From positions 1,023 to 65,022 of the IMG/VR virus record IMGVR_UViG_3300020202_000074: a DNA stretch of 64,000 nucleotides; one strand, 5' to 3'. The notes under the pieces were generated by a model. It worked only from the letters and a program-made list of their open reading frames with translations. It had not been told where the DNA came from and ran no database searches. Shown piece by piece: positions 52,246 to 62,389 of this stretch (the stretch's first letter is position 1; each line of letters opens with the position of its first letter). The stretch comes from a virus. The translations under genes and the position numbers were made by a program.

Positions 52246-53856
52246 TTAGCTATCGGCGTACACGCGATCCTCGGTCAGACCGGTCATCTTCAGGCCGGCG
52301 GGCTGATCCCACGGCATGATCTGCATACGCAGCATGCCGGGCATCTGAGCACCTTCGGTCAGAAGGTTGACGGCACCAGCGTTGCCGCTGGAGGTCTGGT
52401 AGATGGGCAGCCGGTTGGTCCCGGTGCCGGTGATCGCGCCGGCGACGAAGCGGAACGGAATATGGCTCTTGACCCGTTCGTTGCTGGAGACGCCCTTGGG
52501 ATCCGGAGGCACGATGCGCCGCCAGTTGTTTCCGCCCTTACGGATGCCGTACACGGTGCCGGTCTCGATGTAGTTCGAGGTGTACCCGGTGTAGTTGCGG
52601 CCGTCCATAGTGAACACGAAGCCACCCTTGTGCGGATCACCGTTGCTGGAGCCCTGGGCCCGAAGGCTGGACAGGTCACCATACCCACGCGGAGTGAACT
52701 CGCGACCGATACGCGCACCCTCATAGGCGAGCCACACGCCGTCCGAAGCGATCAGACAGTCGATGTACTGGCCATGCTTGGTCTTCGCGCGGTGGAAGCC
52801 ACGGAGCGTCTTGCGGAGCTCGTGCTCGGTGAGGACACCGTTGACGGCTCGGAAGAAGCTCTTGAACTCCGGATGCGTGTTGACGTTGATGGCATCGGCC
52901 GCGATGGCCTCGGCACCCAGCAACGTGTTGACGTTGTTGTTGGTGGCACCGTTGGAGTCGCCGGTCTTCATCCAGCTGTTGATGCCCGCGATGCCCTTGA
53001 AGCTCGGGCTCGCACCCGCGCCGCTGTTGGCATACACAATGAGATCACCGGCGACCGGCACAACACCGGGGCCCCAGCTCGCCACCGCGACATTGGAAGT
53101 GAGTTCCACAACATTGCGGAGTTCGTCCACCTTCGTCACATATAGCTGGATTCGAGTGGTCTTGTCTTGGCCGACGCCTGTGGTGTTCGCCAGGGTGTCG
53201 TTCTTGCGATAGACGCCCGAGGCCGCGTAGATGTCCACCCGTTGGCCGATGCTGAAGCGGTCGGTAGCCAGGTTGCCAGGGCTGAAGGTGACCGTCGCAC
53301 CGGAGTTGGTGATGCTCGTCATCGCACACAGCGAGTAGCTGGAGTTCTGCGAGACGTACCACATGTTGCACAAAGTGTGCGCAATGTTCCGGGCGAAGCC
53401 TTCCAGCTTCGGAGCGATAACTTCACCGATGAATGCGGGGGTCGCCTCCGCCTGGAGCTCACCGAGAGTGAGCATCAGGTTGGTCATCATCGACCGCATG
53501 GGAATAGCCAGCCGGTACGGCGTCGCATTGGCGCCATCCAGCGGGTTCGGCCACGTCTGGTTCAGGTTCTGCTGGTGCAACTTCACGCCGAAGGCGGTGG
53601 TGGTGTCACCGTACAGGGTGACGTCGCCGTAGTTGGCGGCACCCTCTTCGATGACGCCGTTCATGGAGCCCATGTAGACCTTGATGACGTGCATATCACG
53701 TCCAAGCTCGTTGGAACCCACGACGCCCTGGCTGGAAACGATGGTGTCTTCCCACACCGGGTCCAGCGCCGGCATGAAGACTTCGATGTTCTTGTTGATG
53801 ACCTCTTCGATCCGGTACTGATGCCGGTTGAAGAGGGAGTTAGTTACAGCCGCCAT
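52246..53856 (-). CDS. major capsid protein (probable)
   Basis: position portal-scaffold-this gene; strong codon bias; strong SD; downstream hairpin. Confidence 0.7.
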   Translation of the reverse strand: MAAVTNSLFNRHQYRIEEVINKNIEVFMPALDPVWEDTIVSSQGVVGSNELGRDMHVIKVYMGSMNGVIEEGAANYGDVTLYGDTTTAFGVKLHQQNLNQTWPNPLDGANATPYRLAIPMRSMMTNLMLTLGELQAEATPAFIGEVIAPKLEGFARNIAHTLCNMWYVSQNSSYSLCAMTSITNSGATVTFSPGNLATDRFSIGQRVDIYAASGVYRKNDTLANTTGVGQDKTTRIQLYVTKVDELRNVVELTSNVAVASWGPGVVPVAGDLIVYANSGAGASPSFKGIAGINSWMKTGDSNGATNNNVNTLLGAEAIAADAINVNTHPEFKSFFRAVNGVLTEHELRKTLRGFHRAKTKHGQYIDCLIASDGVWLAYEGARIGREFTPRGYGDLSSLRAQGSSNGDPHKGGFVFTMDGRNYTGYTSNYIETGTVYGIRKGGNNWRRIVPPDPKGVSSNERVKSHIPFRFVAGAITGTGTNRLPIYQTSSGNAGAVNLLTEGAQMPGMLRMQIMPWDQPAGLKMTGLTEDRVYADS

Positions 53857-53945
53857 AGCAACCCCTTTGAGGTATTGCCGTCGACCGTTAGATCACTTCG
53901 CTGATGGGACCCTCCCACCCCCCGCCGTGACAACAGTCCAACGGA

Positions 53946-54905
53946 TCAGACCTTGCCCTCGCCGCCTTCACCGTCTTCCAGAGCCAACCGGCTCAGGACA
54001 TCGGTATTCCACTCACGAACCTTCGTGGTGGTCGTTCCCATGTCGTCCTTGCCCTTTTCGTAGGTAGGCGTGGGAATCGGCTTCGAGCGCAACAACACGT
54101 CTTGACCCGTAACTGTTTCCGGCGCCCTCTTGAGTTTGTTGGGGTCGCCGATTACCGACAGGTATCCCTTGTACACTGCTTCCGCAGCGCCTTGGGACTC
54201 TTCCGCCAACCAGTCCTCCTCCACCCGCCGTCCAGTCGTGGACGAACGGATCTTGAGGCGGTTGATCGTCTCCCTCTGAATCTCCTCGGCGATCCGGTTC
54301 TTGGCTTCCGCCAACCCCTCCTCGCCACGGAGATCTTTGAGAGCCTTGAACAATAGGCTCATGTTAGGGTGTGAGTCAAGCACCTCTGCCGCCGACGCAT
54401 GCAACGCCTTCTTGAGGCTCTGGACCCGATGTCGATCCATCTCCTCACGCAGTTGCTTCAACTCCGCCGCCGTCGCGGCATCCGGCGCCGTTTTCGTGGT
54501 CTCCACCTTCTTCTCTCCTTCATTGTCAGCCGGCTTGCTCGTGCCTGGGTCCAGGCTCTTGACGTACTCCTCGATATCCTCGGGGGCGTACCCCGCCTTA
54601 GAGAGAACGTGTCGCAAGGACTCCGACCGTTTGGCCGCATCCACCGAATCCCCCTGAAGCAGGGTCTCCGTGGCGGTCTTGTACTGGTCGTACTCGGACG
54701 ACTTGGCCTCCGCCGCTTCTTTAGCCGCAATGATGTCCTTGATGGTCAGCTCCTTGCCGCCCACCTTCACCTTGGCGTCCAAGTCCAGAACCCCCGTCGC
54801 TCCCCCCTTGTTGGTTTCCCCACCACCATTTCCGGTGGGTTGCTCCCCTGCGGCGGGGTCGGTGTCGGCCATCAGGCGTCGCGTGCTATATCGAATAAAA
54901 GTCAT
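53946..54905 (-). CDS. scaffolding protein (probable)
   Basis: charged helical protein directly before capsid gene. Confidence 0.6.
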   Translation of the reverse strand: MTFIRYSTRRLMADTDPAAGEQPTGNGGGETNKGGATGVLDLDAKVKVGGKELTIKDIIAAKEAAEAKSSEYDQYKTATETLLQGDSVDAAKRSESLRHVLSKAGYAPEDIEEYVKSLDPGTSKPADNEGEKKVETTKTAPDAATAAELKQLREEMDRHRVQSLKKALHASAAEVLDSHPNMSLLFKALKDLRGEEGLAEAKNRIAEEIQRETINRLKIRSSTTGRRVEEDWLAEESQGAAEAVYKGYLSVIGDPNKLKRAPETVTGQDVLLRSKPIPTPTYEKGKDDMGTTTTKVREWNTDVLSRLALEDGEGGEGKV

Positions 54906-55240
54906 CTATCTTGCTCCTCATCGGTTTCGTCCGCCCTGGGTGGGGGAACGTACTTCATTAGCTGGTCGTACCACGCGTCGCGCCTAACAGCATGGACATC
55001 TTGGGGGTCGTCCTCTCGCATCAATAGCCTGCACCGAAACTCTCCCCGCCAAGTATTGACGGTCACGCACAGCTCTAGGATGTCCGGGACGACTTGTCCG
55101 TCGATGAAGAAGGGAAACAGTGCAGTTCGTGCCCCGTTGATCTTCGGACCCATGGGCTCAAACCCGAGGTCTTCATTGCCTTCGAGGTAGAACTCCTCCA
55201 GCTTCTTCCTTTCAGCGACGTCCACACATTCTCCTTTCAA
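54902..55240 (-). CDS. hypothetical protein
   Basis: coupled ORF between portal and scaffold. Confidence 0.55.
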   Translation of the reverse strand: MKGECVDVAERKKLEEFYLEGNEDLGFEPMGPKINGARTALFPFFIDGQVVPDILELCVTVNTWRGEFRCRLLMREDDPQDVHAVRRDAWYDQLMKYVPPPRADETDEEQDR

Positions 55241-55241
55241 C

Positions 55242-57302
55242 CTACTGCTGCATCATAGCGGGGTCCATGCCCGCATCTTGGCCCTCGGGAAGGGCGTCCG
55301 GGCTCTCGCCCACGGGGAAGCCTTGGTCCGCGATCCCTTGGCGGAGCATGCTCATGTCGTCGGGGTTGGGCACCGCCGCCGGCAGCACCAGCCCCATCGC
55401 CCCCATCAGGAAGTCCCTGTAAGAGGCGAACGCGTCTTGCACATCGGGGCTAGCGGCGGCCATCGCCGGTCCGCTCATGAAGGCGACCAGCACCCGCATC
55501 TGGAACTCGGGCTTCGCGGTCGCGGGCGTCACCACCACCTCGCCGGGCGTTTCCCCATCGCCATACAGGAGTAGGCAGTTCCGCACCACGGTCTCGTAGG
55601 GCGCCTGCCACTCGTCCATCCACATGGCGAAGTCGAGGCCCTCCTTCAGCGCGAAGAGCCGGAATCCATCGGGATCCATCAGCGGACCCGCTGGACTGTC
55701 CGCCATATAGAGGTTCATCGCCTCGTCCTTACGGGCCACCTCACTGCGCGGACTCCGCTCTCGTAGCCCAAAGGTCATGGTCGACACCGTGGGCAGTGGG
55801 TTCTCCGGAAAGGAGACGGTCTCCCCATCGGGGCCGATCACCGCTCCCGCCAGCTCCAGCGTCAGCTTCCCGACGGACAAAGGCCGAGGGCTCAGCTTCA
55901 ACTCGCGGGCCGCGTTGTGCACCGCGCTGCGGTACATCTGCGACCACGCCATGTCCACTCCCCTAGAAGGGCTCGTCAGCGCTCGGTTGATCTGCTCATC
56001 GAGGAACTGCAACCCCGCACCGCTATCCACTCGGCCCTTCTCTTGGATGAGGTCCTGGACCGGGTTGATCGCCGTCATCAGCTCCTTCGCCAGCGTGGCG
56101 ACCTTGCCGGGCACATCTCCGCTGTTGTAGGGCTGCACGGGGAACGGCCGGAACCCCTCGGCGACAGGGTCCGGCTCGTACGGGATGACCCGAAGGCCCT
56201 TGCCAACCTCCTTCAGAGCGGCTCGCTCGTTCCATGACCCCGAGGGCATCACGATGTAGCCGTACCGGTCGATGTCGCGGATGTTGTTGAAGAGACTCTT
56301 GAGCAGCTTCTCCAGTTCCCGAGAGATCGAGAACAGAAGGTCGAAGGCGCCGATGCCGTGGAAGGTGCCCGACTCCATGAAGCGAGCCCACCCGATCGGG
56401 CAATACACCTCCTGGCGGTCGTACACCTCGTCAGCGATCAGGTAGTCCCCACACGTGATGATGTACCGTGCGCAGGTGCCCCGTTGCCCGTCGAGCCACA
56501 GCTCCCGGACCTGGGCGACGCCCATCATGTCTTTGTTCTTGGACTCCGAGGAATCCCCATTGGCGCCCTGCATGGAGCCGGCGCCGGCGTTGTACGTCAG
56601 GCCGCCGATGGCCATCGACTCGCCCTCAGGCCCCAGAGGCTCCCCAGACTGCTGCTCCCACCATTCCAGCTTCTCCAAGTTGTCCATGATCCGGCGGCCG
56701 AACACCTCCTTGAGGAACAAAAGCGGCACAATACGCTGCCGCATCTTCCCCCGTTCCTTGGTGTAGTCGCTCGTCTGGGACGGGAAGGGCATCATCTCAC
56801 GGGGGTGGACCACCTCCAGGTCGCACGTCAATCCGACGATCGGGTGGTCGATCACGTTCCCCGCAATGCCGCAGCTCCCCAGGACCGTGAAGATGTGGGC
56901 GAACTGCGTCTTCACCATCTCCAGCTGGTCGTCGGAGACCACGGAGTCCGCGATGATCTGGCCGATCGCCCGCTGGCGGATGCCTGCAAGGCTGAGACCC
57001 TGTCTCATCACCTTCGGTCGGAAGTCCATGGACGCCAACCGTGCCTGGATCCGGTCCAGGGCGCTCATCAGCTCCTGGGACTGGAACTCCAGATTCCCCT
57101 CTCCATCGAGATGGAACGCCTTGATAAGGCCCATCGCGGGGTCGAAGACGTCAAACCGCCGGGCGCCGTTGAGGTAGTACCACGCCAGTAGCCACATGGT
57201 CCGCCGATAGGCCAACCGCTGCTCTTCCCGCTTTGCGTGGCGGTCGAGGATCTTCGGTAGAACCGTCGGGTCCCTGGTCAGTTGAATCGCGTCAAGGGCA
57301 AT
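55242..57302 (-). CDS. portal protein (probable); likely ATT start
   Basis: about 690 aa after terminase; frame open from ATT 57302 behind GGGGGAG. Confidence 0.7.
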   Translation of the reverse strand: MALDAIQLTRDPTVLPKILDRHAKREEQRLAYRRTMWLLAWYYLNGARRFDVFDPAMGLIKAFHLDGEGNLEFQSQELMSALDRIQARLASMDFRPKVMRQGLSLAGIRQRAIGQIIADSVVSDDQLEMVKTQFAHIFTVLGSCGIAGNVIDHPIVGLTCDLEVVHPREMMPFPSQTSDYTKERGKMRQRIVPLLFLKEVFGRRIMDNLEKLEWWEQQSGEPLGPEGESMAIGGLTYNAGAGSMQGANGDSSESKNKDMMGVAQVRELWLDGQRGTCARYIITCGDYLIADEVYDRQEVYCPIGWARFMESGTFHGIGAFDLLFSISRELEKLLKSLFNNIRDIDRYGYIVMPSGSWNERAALKEVGKGLRVIPYEPDPVAEGFRPFPVQPYNSGDVPGKVATLAKELMTAINPVQDLIQEKGRVDSGAGLQFLDEQINRALTSPSRGVDMAWSQMYRSAVHNAARELKLSPRPLSVGKLTLELAGAVIGPDGETVSFPENPLPTVSTMTFGLRERSPRSEVARKDEAMNLYMADSPAGPLMDPDGFRLFALKEGLDFAMWMDEWQAPYETVVRNCLLLYGDGETPGEVVVTPATAKPEFQMRVLVAFMSGPAMAAASPDVQDAFASYRDFLMGAMGLVLPAAVPNPDDMSMLRQGIADQGFPVGESPDALPEGQDAGMDPAMMQQ

Positions 57303-57334
57303 AGCTAGAGCTCCCCCACAAGGCCTCAGACATC

Positions 57335-57643
57335 TTAGTCAGCATTTCGCCCTACGTCCGTAGCCTCAGCCGCCGACGGCTTCGTCGTCCGGCACCTCGC
57401 CCTCGCCGCCGCTCCACGGGGTTCGTACCCTGGCATATAGGTTCGCAGGAGCACCTCCTGAAGCTTCTTGTCGACCTCCGGGTCGCTCGGCGAACCCGGC
57501 GCCTTCACCCCTTGGTCCCCAGAGATCTTCACGGCGTCGCGGTCGATGCCCAGGATCGCTGCGTAGTACACCTTCGCCATCGCGTGGTAGAGGGACACCG
57601 GGAGGGTAACGGTCTGGACGGGGTGGTTAGACTCGGGAATCAT
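57335..57643 (-). CDS. hypothetical protein
   Basis: ORF between terL and portal. Confidence 0.55.
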   Translation of the reverse strand: MIPESNHPVQTVTLPVSLYHAMAKVYYAAILGIDRDAVKISGDQGVKAPGSPSDPEVDKKLQEVLLRTYMPGYEPRGAAARARCRTTKPSAAEATDVGRNAD

Positions 57644-59591
57644 GGGTTTCGCTCGGTCGGCTGCCTGCATTCAGGATCTCAAGGATGTCGGCGGCCGGCA
57701 CCTTCATCCAGTCCACCGCGTGGGCGTTGAAGTGCCCGTGCTCGTCGGTGTAGTTCCCCGCCTTCAACTGCTCCAAGGGCGTCTTTCGCTCCTCTGGCGC
57801 GTGCCCGCTGACGCGAAGCCGCCCACGGAGGATAAGTGTAGACATCGCGACGGTGTCGATGACGTCATCGTTCTTCAGGCCGCCGTCCAACACCTCGGGG
57901 TTGAACCCCTCGATCTGGTCGAAGAGCATCGACCACGGCATGCGATTCCGCATATGGAGGGGGAACTTGATGCGGCCATACTCGAATCGGGGCTGCAACG
58001 TGGCGATCTTGGCGGTCTTCTCCGCCACGCCAGGGTTGAACTTCTTGATCGACGGCATGAAGCTCACGTTGTAGATGTCCATCTGCCTCTGACGAACGAT
58101 GCTGTCGAGCGTGTTGTAAAGCACGATACCCTGTTTGATGGTCTCTACGTGCACCGTGGGACACCGCCAGCGGGACGCCATCCGAAGAGTCGCCTTGATC
58201 AGCTCTTGTTCGTGGCACTGCTTGGCCCAGAGATCGAGGACGAAGAGGTCCTGATCCTTGGTGATCGCCATAAGGGTGGCGACCTTGTAGTCCGAGTCCT
58301 TGCCGGTGGTCCACGAGTTGTCGGTGGTGATGAAAAGCCGAGACTCCGCGAGGAAGTCCGCCATTCGCAGGCCTCGGGGTACGCCCTTGCTGTCCACCCA
58401 CTGGATGCGGGCATTCGACAGCCGAGGGGACTCCTCTAGGGCGTCATCGGCGTCGGTGATCTGGTAGCCGTGCTTGTCGTCGGAGAGGTTGCCGAAGAAC
58501 TGGTCTTCGGCGGTGCCCGGCATCGCCATGTACTCGCCCAAGAAGACGGAGCTGCCGACCTTCTCTCGGATCTCCTCCAGGGTCTTGCACTCGGGTCGAG
58601 CCTTCAACCGTCGCTCTTCGTCGTTGGCCGGCCACATCTCCGGCCAGCAGCTGATCAACTCGCCGTTGGCGCCCTCGTAGGCGGCCTTCACCACGTATCG
58701 AGACCATCCGTCGAAGCGGGGCTCCACCGCGCGGCGCTGGCCGTGGGCGTCGACGTACGTCTGGAGGGCGTGCCAAGCGAAGTGTCTCCGCGACACGAAG
58801 GTGGCCAGCCAATCACAGCCGCAGCCGGGGCGCATGACCATCGGCAGGACGACGTTGAAGAGGAACTGCCGCATATTGTCGCGGACCTGGGCCATCGACG
58901 TAGAGGCCTTGGCGTCGTACTCAGGGTCATCGAGACGGAATCGTCGAGGACGACTGCCACGCAGCTTGCCTTCGGCGGAGACGCACCGGATATAGGACCC
59001 GTTGCGGAGCATCAGATAGTTCGTGGAGTACGTGGACTCGCCGCGCTTGGGGACGATCTCGCCACCGGGGAACTCCGGGTCCCAGTCGTCCCTGATTCGG
59101 GGATTGTCGCGGAACTGCATCTTCAGCGTGAGACCCATGTTCGTCGCGTTCTCGTTGGTCGACGTCGCGTACGTGATGGAGTTCACGGGCCGGCTGAGCA
59201 GCAGCAGCGCGTTGTCCTTCTTCACGAGCGTGGATTTCGCGGAACCACGGGGGGCGATGGCGATGTTGGCGTCGGAGGTGGCCCACTGCCGAACGATGTC
59301 CCAGTGAAGGTCCGGCGTCCGCATGGGCTCGTCGTCGTAGAACATGGGGTCGAACTCGATCTCCGGGTTCGGCCACAGATACCACAAGTCGAAGAACCGA
59401 AGGCTGGCCACGCGGGCCTCCGCCTTCATCTCGATGCTGTTGTAGGGGTACGCGCTGATGGGTAGCATCCACTGGCGGCAGGCGTTCACACGAGCCTGAC
59501 GTCGTCCGTCAGTCGTGAGCGTCTCGTAGTCCGCAACCAGGGGATACAGGGGATTCCCCTCCGCCGGCGTCAATACCCTCTTTACGTTCAA
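57627..59591 (-). CDS. terL: terminase large subunit
   Basis: APRGSAKST Walker A, LRGSRP..LDDPE Walker B, nuclease DD..D (DDVIDT). Confidence 0.9.
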   Translation of the reverse strand: MNVKRVLTPAEGNPLYPLVADYETLTTDGRRQARVNACRQWMLPISAYPYNSIEMKAEARVASLRFFDLWYLWPNPEIEFDPMFYDDEPMRTPDLHWDIVRQWATSDANIAIAPRGSAKSTLVKKDNALLLLSRPVNSITYATSTNENATNMGLTLKMQFRDNPRIRDDWDPEFPGGEIVPKRGESTYSTNYLMLRNGSYIRCVSAEGKLRGSRPRRFRLDDPEYDAKASTSMAQVRDNMRQFLFNVVLPMVMRPGCGCDWLATFVSRRHFAWHALQTYVDAHGQRRAVEPRFDGWSRYVVKAAYEGANGELISCWPEMWPANDEERRLKARPECKTLEEIREKVGSSVFLGEYMAMPGTAEDQFFGNLSDDKHGYQITDADDALEESPRLSNARIQWVDSKGVPRGLRMADFLAESRLFITTDNSWTTGKDSDYKVATLMAITKDQDLFVLDLWAKQCHEQELIKATLRMASRWRCPTVHVETIKQGIVLYNTLDSIVRQRQMDIYNVSFMPSIKKFNPGVAEKTAKIATLQPRFEYGRIKFPLHMRNRMPWSMLFDQIEGFNPEVLDGGLKNDDVIDTVAMSTLILRGRLRVSGHAPEERKTPLEQLKAGNYTDEHGHFNAHAVDWMKVPAADILEILNAGSRPSETHDSRV

Positions 59592-59620
59592 CAGTCCCTC
59601 CCACAGCAGCTATGTGCTAG

Positions 59621-60238
59621 TTATGTGCTCTCTGGTGATGTGGTGACTCCGCCGGCCTTCATCGCGAGGAGGCTCACCGCCGCACAGGCGATCAGTGATC
59701 GGAGGATCTCCGCTGGGTGGATGAAGCTGCACTCGGCGATCTCCTGGGCCATCGCCAGGTACCAAGGACTGATCATCGGCATGAACCGCTTGGGCCCCTC
59801 CTCGGGGTCTTCCTCGGTGAGAACGGGAGTCGACACCGGAGGACACAGCTCCTGGTAGAGGGCCAGGCCCAGCTGATGATGGGTGCCCCACCACTCGCCG
59901 GGGAGACGGATCCCGAGCTCTCGGAGGTGGCCGCCGCCGATCTGGGCGATCTCCGACTCCGACAGGGATCGGAGGACGGTGTGCAGCTGGTCACTGAGGC
60001 CCTGCCGGCTCACCGACCGCCGGATCAGCTTGCTCTCCGGAAAGTCCAAAGGTGTCTGCGGATCGGGCGCCGGTGGGGTTGTTGTGGGCGCTGAGAGCTC
60101 GCACGATTTGCTCGGCGGGGTCAATGTCAGCGGAGCGAGGACGGGGGCGGTGGTATTCCGGACGGCCGTAGGCGCCGCGATCTTCGGCTCCTTCGCCGGC
60201 TTGGGCATCGGCGGCTGCTTGGTTTTGGACTTTGGCAT
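59621..60238 (-). CDS. hypothetical protein with P/T/K-rich N-terminus
   Basis: overlaps upstream gene by 248 nt. Confidence 0.5.
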   Translation of the reverse strand: MPKSKTKQPPMPKPAKEPKIAAPTAVRNTTAPVLAPLTLTPPSKSCELSAPTTTPPAPDPQTPLDFPESKLIRRSVSRQGLSDQLHTVLRSLSESEIAQIGGGHLRELGIRLPGEWWGTHHQLGLALYQELCPPVSTPVLTEEDPEEGPKRFMPMISPWYLAMAQEIAECSFIHPAEILRSLIACAAVSLLAMKAGGVTTSPEST

Positions 60239-60638
60239 TCGTTAGGTTCTCACGGGCGAGGGCGGCCAGCACCGGGCTGGTGGCCATCGTGACCGACTGC
60301 TCGATCGAACCATCCTCCTTTCGAGTGGCAGTGAAGTATACGGACGTTGCTTGCTTGATATCCCGCAGCAGAGCGCGGAACTGAGTCTGGGCCTTGAGCC
60401 GGACCTTGATCTCGTGATGCTCCATCGCCTCCTTTAGGAGGGCGAGCTCGTCGGCCAGCGTGATGCCGGACGCCTCGATCGCCGCGAGGATGGCGTCGGG
60501 GCTGTAGAACCGCTCGATGAGCGGGTGATCCGCTGGCTGGTTGCGTCGAATGACCGCCTTATTCTCCACACCAGATGTGGTGGTGGGGATAAGTTCCGAG
60601 GGCAAGCCAGTGTCCGTGGGCTCCACGAAGGATGTCAT
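59991..60638 (-). CDS. hypothetical protein (terminase small subunit candidate)
   Basis: helical, upstream of terL; positional only. Confidence 0.4.
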   Translation of the reverse strand: MTSFVEPTDTGLPSELIPTTTSGVENKAVIRRNQPADHPLIERFYSPDAILAAIEASGITLADELALLKEAMEHHEIKVRLKAQTQFRALLRDIKQATSVYFTATRKEDGSIEQSVTMATSPVLAALARENLTNAKVQNQAAADAQAGEGAEDRGAYGRPEYHRPRPRSADIDPAEQIVRALSAHNNPTGARSADTFGLSGEQADPAVGEPAGPQ

Positions 60639-61594
60639 TTCGGCAACCTCCGCACAATTCCACCGAGCGCCTCTAGGGCCTTGGGTACCGCCGACCTCGA
60701 CTTGATGTAGAACGGAGAGCTCTCCAGAGCACCTGCGGCGCCTACGAGAGTCTGTCCGCGAATCGCGGAGGGTCGCTCCTTGGCGATTTTCTCCAGGATG
60801 GCTACCTGTGTCTGCTTGGGTAGGAGTGAGAAGGCCTTGGGGTCCTGGAGTTCAGGAGGCAGCGCTTTGCGATGGATGCGATGCTCGGTCTGGGTGTACT
60901 CAGTAGGCTCGGGCTTGCCGGCGTAGGACTCGTGGAGCCGGAATCGCTGCTGTCGGGAGTTGGCATCCGCGAGAGCTTCCTCTTCCGGGCTGGGATACAG
61001 TGGTTCTTCGACCTGGCGGGCTTGGACGTTCTTCAGGTTGACGATGTTCCCGAGCACGGGGCCCTTGGTGGTGCGGACCGGCTTGCGGAGCTTCTGGGAG
61101 AACGGCCCCTCATTGAGGTAGATGCCCCAGTTCTTGTACCCCTGCGGTTTGGGGTTCTGCTTCACGTACTCGTAGGGCTTCTCGTCGCTGAGGCCCATCG
61201 AATACTCACGAGCCTTAGCGGCTTGGTCTCGCCGGAACCCTTCGAGGTAGGCGCCCCACTGGCCGGACTTCTGGAGCTTCTTGCGCTCCGCCTTCGGGAT
61301 GCTGGGAAACGAGCCCAGGAGATTGCTAGGGGATTGGGCCTTGAGGAGCTCGCGGTTGCCCAGGCCCTTGCGGACAAACTGGGACATCTTGTCGTGCTTC
61401 AGGCTGTTGAGGATCGTGACGCCTTCGGTGTCGCCCGCCTTGACGGCGGCCTCCAGGGCTCGGTTGAAGGCCTTCTCGATGTCCTTGGCGGTGCCCTCCT
61501 TGGCGGCCCAGAACGACAGCGGACGACCCGCCACGACTCGCTTGCGAGCTTGGTACCACCGTGCGATCTTATCGAGCGGGAACTCCTCCGCCAC
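60635..61594 (-). CDS. basic hypothetical protein
   Basis: Lys-rich 319 aa; ATGA coupling. Confidence 0.6.
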   Translation of the reverse strand: MAEEFPLDKIARWYQARKRVVAGRPLSFWAAKEGTAKDIEKAFNRALEAAVKAGDTEGVTILNSLKHDKMSQFVRKGLGNRELLKAQSPSNLLGSFPSIPKAERKKLQKSGQWGAYLEGFRRDQAAKAREYSMGLSDEKPYEYVKQNPKPQGYKNWGIYLNEGPFSQKLRKPVRTTKGPVLGNIVNLKNVQARQVEEPLYPSPEEEALADANSRQQRFRLHESYAGKPEPTEYTQTEHRIHRKALPPELQDPKAFSLLPKQTQVAILEKIAKERPSAIRGQTLVGAAGALESSPFYIKSRSAVPKALEALGGIVRRLPK

Positions 61595-61627
61595 CTACTG
61601 ACCCCCTCATCCGGAAAACGAATCGGC

Positions 61628-62389
61628 TCAATACTTTATGCGGGCCGCCGGCGGGAGGTCGTTGGCCACTTTCTTGGGCCCGGAGACCTTGGCTCGCTCC
61701 TCCGGGGTGAACGTGGACATCCCGCCGTAGAAGCCCATGCCCAGGATCTGGTCGAGCTTGTCCTTACGGTCAAAGGCCGATCCCGCCTTGTCGAGGTCTC
61801 CCTTGTCCGTCCAGTAGCGGAACGAGGCCGCTTCCATGTTCCTCTGCGCGAGCATCGGGTCCCCGGTGGGCGTGGCGGGAGTCGACCGCGCGGCGGTGGG
61901 GCCGATCTGAGAGGCCCCAGTCGATGAGGTGCCGGTGCCGAAGCTGGGACCCATGGGGCCGCCGGCGTTGTTCTGTCGTGCGCGGTTGGCGTTGACGCCC
62001 GTGTTGTAGGACCCGCTGTTCACGTTGACGCGGGAGCCAGTGTCTGGGCCCTTGGACCGGTAGCTGTTGAAAGCCCCACGCGCGGGCTGACTTTCCCCAC
62101 CACCATATTGGTGGTCCGCTGAGCGGGGTCTGCGGGTAGGGCCCCCGATGCCGAGGCGCTGTAGCTCCTGGGTGACGAGGTCGGCGACCATCTTGGCGAT
62201 CTCGGGGCTCTGGCCCATCGGCTGCGGTTGCATCGATGCGGCGGGGCCGATGGCGCCGAACTTCGCGGACTGCGGGGTGCCCGGCATCGGAGAGGTCTGC
62301 GGACCCAGGGACCCAATGGATCCGACGGGCTGGCTGCCAGCGCCGCCGGGATTTGGGAGGCCTCGCATAGGAAAGTTAGGAATCGGCAT
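61628..62389 (-). CDS. Gly/Pro-rich low-complexity protein
   Basis: first gene of - strand block. Confidence 0.55.
   Translation of the reverse strand: MPIPNFPMRGLPNPGGAGSQPVGSIGSLGPQTSPMPGTPQSAKFGAIGPAASMQPQPMGQSPEIAKMVADLVTQELQRLGIGGPTRRPRSADHQYGGGESQPARGAFNSYRSKGPDTGSRVNVNSGSYNTGVNANRARQNNAGGPMGPSFGTGTSSTGASQIGPTAARSTPATPTGDPMLAQRNMEAASFRYWTDKGDLDKAGSAFDRKDKLDQILGMGFYGGMSTFTPEERAKVSGPKKVANDLPPAARIKY

Larger units (their letters stand above)
539..62105. repeat. dispersed 13-bp motif WTCCCCACCACCA, at least 15 exact copies
   Basis: 12-bp core starts: + form 7219, 11879, 18214, 22568, 30972, 33766, 39960, 48544, 54817, 62094; reverse form 539, 18817, 32181, 38111, 60578. Confidence 0.85.
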
